From: Candidatus Thorarchaeota archaeon
GTDB lineage: Archaea; Asgardarchaeota; Thorarchaeia; Thorarchaeales; Thorarchaeaceae
Reading direction: 5' to 3'
Assembly (NCBI GenBank): GCA_048884925.1
Contig: JBHLQK010000001.1
Coordinates: 1 to 46,868, forward strand
DNA length: 46,868 nucleotides
Shown one piece after another: positions 34,765 through 41,631 of this stretch. The first letter of the stretch is position 1, and each line of letters opens with the position of its first letter. The notes below the pieces were generated by a model. That model searched no databases. It saw nothing but the letters and a program-made list of their open reading frames with translations, and had not been told where the DNA came from. The translations under genes and the position numbers were made by a program.

Positions 34765-35979
34765 TCATAGGAGTTCCTTGATAATCATCCTAAGTGACTC
34801 AGCCAGTCGATCAATGTCCTCTATCGTATTGTATGCATGTAGTGATATCTGAACAAGTCCCTCCTCCGAGAACGGTTTGATTAATGGGTGGGCACATACC
34901 AAACCGCTTCTGACCGCAATATTAGACTCATCCAGGAACAGGGCAACCTCATGACAGTTGATTCCGTTTCCGTTTCCTATGTTGAATCCAAAAATGGTGT
35001 TTTTCTTGGTAGGATTACCGTAGAGAGTGATTCCCTCTATATCGTTTAGAGTGTCAAACGTGTGGGCTGCGAGTGCATCCATATGCTTGAGCTGGCCCTG
35101 ATTTCTGATTTCTCGAAGATAATCAAGTGAAGCGCCAAGACCTGCTATTGCGGGAAGATTTAGGATACCTGATTCGAATTTATCTGGTTGAAGAGCAATC
35201 TCAAATGATTCAGGTTCAACATTAGCCACTGCAGAACCACCGAGTATACCAGGCTGATGGATATCTCCGAGATTCTTTTGAATCCATTGAAGTGCTAGAC
35301 CTGGAGGAGCCATCAAGCCGATATTAGCTGAACAGATTGCTATGTCGGCCTGTAGGGATGAAAGAGTAGCATCTGTTACCCCCACAGATCTTGTTGCATC
35401 AGTTATGAACACAGCCTCGTGCTCTTGGCAGATTTGGGCCACTTCTTGAAGTGGATTTCTCACACCAGCCCCTACAGTTACATGACTGACCGCAACAATT
35501 CCTGTTTTAGCATCTATAGCTTGGTCAAGACCTGATAAGTCCAAGATACCATCTGGGGATATTGGGATTGTTTCAACTTCAAGATTAAGTATCTGAGCAA
35601 CTCTTAGGAGTGTGACAAGAATTGAATGTTCTTCACTCTGGGCAATTACAATCTTCTTCCGATTAGTCCCTTTCCAGTCAAACCCGTATGCAAAAGATGC
35701 AACTGCAGTTGGGATGGATTTCTGGAAAGAAATCTGTGAGTTTTCAGTGCTGATAAAGTCTGCTAGAGACTTGCGAACGTCTTCAGTCATTGAGCTGGCA
35801 TCCACAGCCAGTCTGTAAGCACCTCTTCTTGCGGATGATACTGTTGAATTGAGAAAAATCTGTGTTGCATCAACAGCAACCTTAGGAACCAAGGTAGTAC
35901 TTGCTGAATCGAGATACACAAGTTCTGGTTCCATATCATAAACGCCAAAATCTGATTTGATGTCCATCGTTGCTGTCAT
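34765..35979 (-). CDS. class V aminotransferase-fold protein, cysteine desulfurase (SufS/NifS)-like
   Basis: YLDSASTT, SHVT, ITDAT, and the Cys loop RSGLVCAHP. The expected S-x-H-K PLP-lysine motif reads S-A-N-I (DNA 35320-35331). The start is uncertain (ATG at 35979 or GTG at 35994). Confidence 0.75.
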   Translation of the reverse strand: MTATMDIKSDFGVYDMEPELVYLDSASTTLVPKVAVDATQIFLNSTVSSARRGAYRLAVDASSMTEDVRKSLADFISTENSQISFQKSIPTAVASFAYGFDWKGTNRKKIVIAQSEEHSILVTLLRVAQILNLEVETIPISPDGILDLSGLDQAIDAKTGIVAVSHVTVGAGVRNPLQEVAQICQEHEAVFITDATRSVGVTDATLSSLQADIAICSANIGLMAPPGLALQWIQKNLGDIHQPGILGGSAVANVEPESFEIALQPDKFESGILNLPAIAGLGASLDYLREIRNQGQLKHMDALAAHTFDTLNDIEGITLYGNPTKKNTIFGFNIGNGNGINCHEVALFLDESNIAVRSGLVCAHPLIKPFSEEGLVQISLHAYNTIEDIDRLAESLRMIIKELL

Positions 35980-36033
35980 AATCAGTTTGTACACGGAGGT
36001 CTCTTTAATTGTTGGCTTTGTGTTCAGAACTTG

Positions 36034-37059
36034 ATGAATTCTTTGAGTACTGTACCTATTGAAGGTTATTTCATTATGACCAATGATGGTCTTTTATTCG
36101 AGGTTAAAGGCGTCATCCATCCCAAAAACAGGATTATCGCATATCTAAGATACATCCAAGATGAAGAGGGAGACCGCCAGTCAGAAAGGGGTGTTAAATT
36201 CAGAAAAGTGTACAACCTGAGTGATCGAAACGAGATCCTCCGCACAAAATATCAACAGTATCTCTGGTTCGATGAGAAACGTGGACAACAATTTCAAGCA
36301 GTCCCGATAGAACGTATCTCATTTGTTTTGAATCCAACAGACGGCCTGCGACAGCTTCTCGATATGGGATCACATGTCACAGATTTACAGAGGGCTTCTT
36401 GCAGTCTTGCTGAACTCCTTGTAGATAAGGCTGATTTGGATTGGTCAGACATTGGAATCACAGGGTCTCAACTTGTTGGACTTCCAAGTAAAAAGTCTGA
36501 CATAGACCTCGTCGTTTTCGGGTCAAAACCTGCAAGAAAGATTCACAGTTTACTTAAGGCCAAATTGGATTCATTCCTAGAAATAGAACAGTACCATGGC
36601 GACCGATTAAAACGCCATGTGAAATTCAGATGGGAAAAACACGAACAATGGATGAAACTATTACAGATGATTGAAAGCCAGAAAGTCTTCCAAGGATTGT
36701 TCAGGTCATATGACTTTTTCATCAGAGCAGTCAAGCTTCCTGAAGAGATAGATTACAATTATGAAGATCTGGTGATTCGAGATGAAGGCATTCAAACAGT
36801 AAGCTGTGTCGTTGTGGATGACTCTGATTCGATATTCACTCCGTGCATTTATACTGTAGAATCTGACGATATGACCGAACTACAGAATCTGATTAGCTTT
36901 CGTGGGAGGTTCACAGAACATGTTTTCGCAGGTGAAACAGTTGAAGCACGAGGAAAGCTAGAAGTGGTGACCAATTCGAACACAAATGAATCGTTCACTC
37001 AGTTGGTCCTTGGAGAGGATCCATTGGACTATCTGATGCCAATTAAGGACATTCACTAA
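36034..37059 (+). CDS. pol-beta-superfamily nucleotidyltransferase with OB-like C-terminal domain (archaeal COG1665-like, tentative)
   Basis: GITGSQLVGLPSKKSDIDLVVFG is the G[SG]-x(9-13)-D-x-D NTase signature. The C-terminus has GETVEARGKLEVV beta-rich sequence. Confidence 0.55.
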   Translation: MNSLSTVPIEGYFIMTNDGLLFEVKGVIHPKNRIIAYLRYIQDEEGDRQSERGVKFRKVYNLSDRNEILRTKYQQYLWFDEKRGQQFQAVPIERISFVLNPTDGLRQLLDMGSHVTDLQRASCSLAELLVDKADLDWSDIGITGSQLVGLPSKKSDIDLVVFGSKPARKIHSLLKAKLDSFLEIEQYHGDRLKRHVKFRWEKHEQWMKLLQMIESQKVFQGLFRSYDFFIRAVKLPEEIDYNYEDLVIRDEGIQTVSCVVVDDSDSIFTPCIYTVESDDMTELQNLISFRGRFTEHVFAGETVEARGKLEVVTNSNTNESFTQLVLGEDPLDYLMPIKDIH

Positions 37060-37502
37060 AGATAACGCATTCACTTCATTAACAAGTTTTCACAGTGATT
37101 ATGTGTGAATGGCGCCCTTTTTGTGAACAGCTTTAGCGAAAGAGTGTTCAAAGGGTCTTAAACGGTGCAAGAAGAAATCATAACCCTCCTTAGGTGTGTG
37201 AATGAAGCCACCCCTTGACTTCCAGTGGAACTGGACAAGAAGAGATATGAAATGCCTATCACCTCATTCACAAAGCACATATTCTAGTGAATAGGAGATG
37301 GTTTGAACAATACCCTCCTTTTTGAAAAATAAGAGCTCATAACGCTTCTTTTCTCATTTATTGACTGCACAAGCTGCCAGCACACAGATATCAATACGGA
37401 CGTGTTCTGAATACGTATAGGCGCATTATGTTGCCGTTATCTCAGTATTGCTAATTCACATACTCACACTTATTTGGTTGCAGTCTGTAGTTCGTTGTGA
37501 AT
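37051..37502. repeat. cluster of eight GTGAAT/ATTCAC hexamers (mostly TGTGAAT/ATTCACA)
   Basis: ATTCAC at 37051, 37069, 37266 and 37454. GTGAAT at 37105, 37198, 37287 and 37497. About 0.2 copies would be expected by chance in 450 bp. Confidence 0.6.
37209..37230 (-). other. origin-recognition-box (ORB)-like element, copy B
   Basis: Minus strand reads TTCCACTGGAAGTCAAGGGGTG, which is 19/22 identical to the copy at 41424-41445. It has the same TCCA-NN-GGAA / 4 nt / GGGGT layout as archaeal Orc1/Cdc6 ORBs. Confidence 0.55.
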
Positions 37503-38170
37503 ATTATAGTGGGTATGAATGCCCGAAGGTCTTGGTGGAATACTTGAAGTCTGAAGATCGTACAAATTACGTCTATCGATTCACATACAATTCGGGACCA
37601 GGACTGAGAGAGGTATTCCAGTGTAAGTATGTCAAGCCTGATGAGGCATTGACCAGATTCCAGAGAATTCTGTCCTTGACCGATGAACCCTTTGATTTCA
37701 AAATTGTAGTGATTGATGAATCAAAAAGAGAGGAGTCTAGTTTTGAAGTAGAGGGTGGTAGTGTAAAGGAAATGATTGAGAAGTTTAGAGTTTTCTTGGA
37801 AGCAAGTACGGGCATCTTGTTTGTAGAAGAAAAGGAAGATGTCGAGGTTGAGTTTGAGGAAATTAACTTCGAATCGATGAGTAGCTTTGAAAAAATGCAC
37901 ATAGTAATTTATGCATCATTCAAACATGGAAAATTCTCCTCACTTGACGTTGCTGAGATATATGAAGCAACATTCAATGAAGATTTGCCAAAGAGTACCG
38001 CATCTACATACCTGGCTAGAATGTGGAATGATGATAAGGGGCATCTTGAAAGATACGGCAATCGTTCCGGCTATACATACAGACTCAAGACAGAAATTTC
38101 AGAGGTTCAGAAAGAAACTGAAAGAGCCGAAGATATTCTTGCTTCGATTCAGATGCATGTTGGTAAATAG
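37448..38170 (+). CDS. hypothetical protein with C-terminal winged-helix domain
   Basis: 240-aa ORF with no in-frame ATG near the 5' end (TTG at 37448 or 37475). An acidic linker (EEKEDVEVEFEE) is followed by LDVAEIYEAT...STASTYLARMW..GHLERYG..GYTYRLK, which is wHTH-like. Confidence 0.5.
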   Translation: MLIHILTLIWLQSVVRCEYYSGYECPKVLVEYLKSEDRTNYVYRFTYNSGPGLREVFQCKYVKPDEALTRFQRILSLTDEPFDFKIVVIDESKREESSFEVEGGSVKEMIEKFRVFLEASTGILFVEEKEDVEVEFEEINFESMSSFEKMHIVIYASFKHGKFSSLDVAEIYEATFNEDLPKSTASTYLARMWNDDKGHLERYGNRSGYTYRLKTEISEVQKETERAEDILASIQMHVGK

Positions 38171-38192
38171 TATGGCTCTCTTTGAGTGATTT

Positions 38193-39512
38193 CTATAGCT
38201 TGACAGTATGTTCTTCTAATCTGATATCCAGCGCTTCTAATTCCTTTAGAATTGGCTCATAGACCTCTGACATCACTGGTCGATGCACTCCAATCAAATC
38301 TATAGACCCTTCAAGAATCATCCTACTAGCGATTGCCACGGGAAGAGCAACCGTTCTAGACATGGAAGAATCACCGTTAGGTATGCCGTAGTCAATCATT
38401 GTAGACGTGATTTTCTCTTTTCGATCTTGATATTCCGCAATGAACTCGTGGTGCATGACAATCATGTCACGTTCACCAGGAGCATACTTCAGTTTCTGCT
38501 CAAACAGATTGCATACTGAATCGAGGTATGTTGTGACGTTAGAAGGAATCTCTTGGTTATCGAATAAACCTAGCCAGTCAAGACGCTGGATTATGGGGTC
38601 ATCGTTCTTGAGACCGATCATCCTCGCGGTAGCATCTACTGGAGATTCAGAACTATCCGCCTTGGTCAGCTCACTCATCATCTCAGCATAGGTCATTCCA
38701 GTGAAACTTCGTTCTTCAATGGATAGGAGACCAAGGTCCGCCACTTTCTTGAGCGTACTACACCAGCCAAGGTTTCTGAAAGTACCCCTTTGCATGGTCT
38801 TGGTTTCTTCGATACCGTAATAGTCAATGAAAGGCAGACTGTCACGATTGGGGTAACCCTCGAATTTTCCCATCCTAGGCACTTCCATTATTTTGTAATG
38901 ATCAAAGAGTTCAGGACCTGGGATATTGATTATTTCCCCATCATGCAAAAACTGAGCATCGTTACGACCAGCAAGAAGAACCCCTCGTGGACTCCATGAG
39001 AGCTTGTATCCGAATGGATTATCATTGGCATCCGGAGCCGGAAGACCTCCCGTGAAGGATGTCAAACTGACAATCTTCCCGCCTTGATTGTGGATATGAT
39101 CGATAATTTGCATAGCACTCATGTGATCAATGCCCGGGTCTACTCCACATTCATTTAGAATGAGGATTCCTGCGGCTCTGGCTTCTGCATCCAATTCTTT
39201 CATCTCATCAGAGATATAGGAGGTAGTGCAGAATGGTTTTTGATACTTGATAGCAACTCTGGCTGCTTTCACATGGTAAATATAGGGTAGAAGAGAACAA
39301 ACCAAATCAGCTTTCGAGGTCAGTTCATCAAGAAGATCGTCATCTGTCATTATGTTGAAAGTTACAACTTCAGCATTCTTGCACCCTTCAATGAGTAGTT
39401 CAGCTTTGCTTTTGGTTCTACTAGCGACCACAACATGAAAGCCATGATCGCTCATATACTGGACGTAAGGACGAGCCACAAGGCCTGCTCCCAGACAAAG
39501 GACTTTCTTCAT
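38193..39512 (-). CDS. saccharopine dehydrogenase/reductase (SDH half of AASS-type enzymes)
   Basis: KKVLCLGAGLVARP Rossmann motif, GVDPGIDHM, SFTGGLPAPD and YKLSWSPRGVLL. These match the SDH domain of animal/plant LKR-SDH as I recall it. Confidence 0.85.
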   Translation of the reverse strand: MKKVLCLGAGLVARPYVQYMSDHGFHVVVASRTKSKAELLIEGCKNAEVVTFNIMTDDDLLDELTSKADLVCSLLPYIYHVKAARVAIKYQKPFCTTSYISDEMKELDAEARAAGILILNECGVDPGIDHMSAMQIIDHIHNQGGKIVSLTSFTGGLPAPDANDNPFGYKLSWSPRGVLLAGRNDAQFLHDGEIINIPGPELFDHYKIMEVPRMGKFEGYPNRDSLPFIDYYGIEETKTMQRGTFRNLGWCSTLKKVADLGLLSIEERSFTGMTYAEMMSELTKADSSESPVDATARMIGLKNDDPIIQRLDWLGLFDNQEIPSNVTTYLDSVCNLFEQKLKYAPGERDMIVMHHEFIAEYQDRKEKITSTMIDYGIPNGDSSMSRTVALPVAIASRMILEGSIDLIGVHRPVMSEVYEPILKELEALDIRLEEHTVKL

Positions 39513-39514
39513 AG

Positions 39515-40831
39515 CTAGTTCTCCTCTCGTGATAGATATTCTTTCAGATACTCGTATTCTTTGGTTAAGTTTCCTTGGTATACAATCACAGCATCTTTGA
39601 GCTCTGGGGGTAGTTCGAGCTTATCAAATGGAACCGCGAAATCTGCCTTTGCCAGCGCAGGGATGTAGTCCAAAAGGGTTTCGCTAAACGAGGTTGAAGA
39701 CTCTAGTGGTAGTTCAGTGGGAAGATTATCAACAGCCATAACTACTGGTCCCTCTCCTTCCACACCAGATTCTGCTCTATTCTCTTCTACTAAGTAAGTA
39801 AAAGCAGGGCTTCCAGGATTAGTTGTTCTAACTGTGAACTCAATTGCGCCATCGACATCACAGGATATATCACCAATGACCTCGAGTCGTCGATTCTTGT
39901 CCTTCCAGTGATTTCGAATGAATTCAATTGTTATGAGGCGGGGATACTTCTCAGTCCAATAGATACAGTTCATAACAACTGCCATATATGGAACATAATC
40001 GTGAAAAACTCCCTGATACTTTGTGGCACCATATGTATAGTAGTCTTGAAGGTCAAATTCTACCCCCTGTTCTTTTGGTTTGACCATATGTTCTTCCTTG
40101 AATACACATTTGTATAGAATATTCGATTTTCGACTGGATATCTTGAATAGTTGACTTGGTTCCACCTTTTCGTAGGGTAAGATATCAAAAATTTTTTGTG
40201 CACCGCGTGAAACGTTTCCGTATCCAGCAAAGCCGACTACAAACGGAATCATGGTTTCTGGCAAGCCTACTTCTGTTATTCTTTCTCCAAGGAGTTTGAA
40301 TTGTTCCTTAAGCTCCGCAAGGTCCTTGCATTCAAGAGTAGGCTTCAAATCAGCAAAAGGATTTGGAGTAATACCCTTGAACTCTAACCGTCTTCCTAGA
40401 ACCCTAAATGTGTCAGATATCCCGGCCATTCCTGCCCAGTTACCAAAGAAAATCAGACGCCTCCCATTCTCATCAATTACACGCTCATAGTCTATGAGTG
40501 TAGCACCCACATCAATGATTTGTTGGAGCATGTCCATGTTACTTTCTTGCCCCTTGACTGTATGACTGAAAAATATGTACACTTTATCTTTCTCGAAGAA
40601 ATTGACAGGCATCTCTTTGATTCCAAGAACCACAGTAACTTCACTTCCTTTTAGGGGCTGAATCTCTGCACCTACTTTGGTGAAGTCATCAGTGGTGTAG
40701 GAACGTTGATCACTAGGTTCCACGACAAATCGAATATTGTGCTTACCTACAAGATCAGCAATATGTTTGGGTACAAGAGGTACTCTTGACTCGAACGGTT
40801 TCTCTTCACTGCGTAGTCCGATAGTGTTCAT
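39515..40831 (-). CDS. lysine-ketoglutarate reductase-like (LKR half of AASS; AlaDH/PNT fold)
   Basis: IGLRSEEKPFESRVPLVPKHI, FFSHTVKGQESNMDML, LIDYERV, FGNWAGMAG, GYGNVSRGAQ, NCIYW, ISCDVDGAIEF and VDNLPTELP parallel the human AASS LKR domain. I prefer the ATG at 40831 (AGGTAGGAG upstream). Confidence 0.8.
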   Translation of the reverse strand: MNTIGLRSEEKPFESRVPLVPKHIADLVGKHNIRFVVEPSDQRSYTTDDFTKVGAEIQPLKGSEVTVVLGIKEMPVNFFEKDKVYIFFSHTVKGQESNMDMLQQIIDVGATLIDYERVIDENGRRLIFFGNWAGMAGISDTFRVLGRRLEFKGITPNPFADLKPTLECKDLAELKEQFKLLGERITEVGLPETMIPFVVGFAGYGNVSRGAQKIFDILPYEKVEPSQLFKISSRKSNILYKCVFKEEHMVKPKEQGVEFDLQDYYTYGATKYQGVFHDYVPYMAVVMNCIYWTEKYPRLITIEFIRNHWKDKNRRLEVIGDISCDVDGAIEFTVRTTNPGSPAFTYLVEENRAESGVEGEGPVVMAVDNLPTELPLESSTSFSETLLDYIPALAKADFAVPFDKLELPPELKDAVIVYQGNLTKEYEYLKEYLSREEN

Positions 40832-40937
40832 CTGGGAGCTCCTACCTGATTGGAGAGGGTATTCCGCGTGGAACACTTCATCTGGATTAACCTTTCCATC
40901 TTAGAATCGACTATTGTATTACTAAGTCTGAAAATGC

Positions 40938-40949
40938 GAACATGTGTTC
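40938..40949. promoter_or_regulatory. near-perfect palindrome GAACATGTGTTC (one mismatch), copy 5
   Basis: Read from the sequence. It shares the 3' flank TAAT with copy 4 and lies about 107 nt upstream of the LKR start on the other strand. Confidence 0.5.
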
Positions 40950-41254
40950 TAATACTCATGCCATCTAGCTTCCTTTACATCTATGATTGTAGACGTGCAC
41001 GTGAAACCAATGCGCGGCGTGTTTCATTCACAAAGGAACTCTATGGGTATATCTATACCTGGAAAACGAAAACCGGAATTAAGCAAAGAAAAAAGGCTGG
41101 TCTCATTGATACGTCGGAAGGGGCATATGCAGTGGCAGACTCTGCAATATTGGTACCTGCTGAATACAGATCTCTGTTCGATTCCTTATTTGCATCATAC
41201 TCAGACATATTGAGAGCTAGAATATTTGAGGTGATAGGAGAAGCTCAACCATTG

Positions 41255-41266
41255 GAACACGTGTTC
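41255..41266. promoter_or_regulatory. perfect palindrome GAACACGTGTTC, copy 3
   Basis: Exact match, 12 nt to the left of ORB-like copy C. Confidence 0.7.
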
Positions 41267-41278
41267 TAGTATCCCACA

Positions 41279-41300
41279 TACCCCTTGGTTTCCATTAGAA
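41279..41300 (-). other. ORB-like element, copy C (more degenerate)
   Basis: Minus strand reads TTCTAATGGAAACCAAGGGGTA, which is 17/22 identical to copy A. It is inverted relative to copy A. Confidence 0.45.
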
Positions 41301-41368
41301 ACTTTTGAAAGTATCGATACGTTTCGAAAAAGGCAAGTATAAATAGTGGTTTGCGTAGCCCGCATTCA

Positions 41369-41423
41369 TCTCCATTTTATCATATCATATTTTCACCGCC
41401 CGGGGATCTCTCCATTTTATCAT
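41369..41423 (+). repeat. 15-bp direct repeat TCTCCATTTTATCAT x2 (41369-41383 and 41409-41423)
   Basis: Exact repeat read from the sequence. The second copy abuts ORB-like copy A. Confidence 0.8.
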
Positions 41424-41445
41424 TTCCAGTGGAAATGAAGGGGTG
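41424..41445 (+). other. ORB-like element, copy A
   Basis: TTCCAGTGGAAATGAAGGGGTG has a TCCAGTGGAAA dyad core, a 4-nt spacer and a GGGGT G-string. This is the same architecture as the Aeropyrum/Sulfolobus/Pyrococcus ORBs. Confidence 0.6.
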
Positions 41446-41497
41446 CCAGTGCATAATATCTGGGTATAGGGTACACCAATATATGCTAATATTCCTA

Positions 41498-41509
41498 GAA
41501 CACGTGTTC
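41498..41509. promoter_or_regulatory. perfect palindrome GAACACGTGTTC, copy 4 (16 bp with its TA flanks, 41496-41511)
   Basis: Exact match, 20 nt upstream of a TATA-like box and 123 nt upstream of iorA. Confidence 0.7.
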
Positions 41510-41529
41510 TAATGTAGTACATGTATTAC

Positions 41530-41539
41530 AAATATATAT
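41530..41539 (+). promoter_or_regulatory. TATA-like box (AAATATATAT) for iorAB
   Basis: AT-only decamer about 93 nt upstream of the iorA TTG start. Confidence 0.35.
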
Positions 41540-41631
41540 CTGGAGAACACTTCCAATACCACAAGGTTGATAGACCATATTACCTCCGGACGACCCGTCC
41601 CAGTTAGTTAAGGAGATCGGAGGCTAGGTGC

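Noticed and set aside
40850-41269. 139-aa track ORF (and the overlapping 40983-41213 frame) inside the 800-bp intergenic region. Its C-terminal half looks vaguely protein-like, and the ORF ends exactly in a palindrome (LEHVF-stop).
   Set aside because: The 5' part overlaps the LKR leader/promoter. Two frames are open simultaneously. There is no convincing start or ribosome-binding site, no recognisable motif, and the region is packed with regulatory-looking repeats. A short real gene (for example from 40934) cannot be excluded without conservation data.
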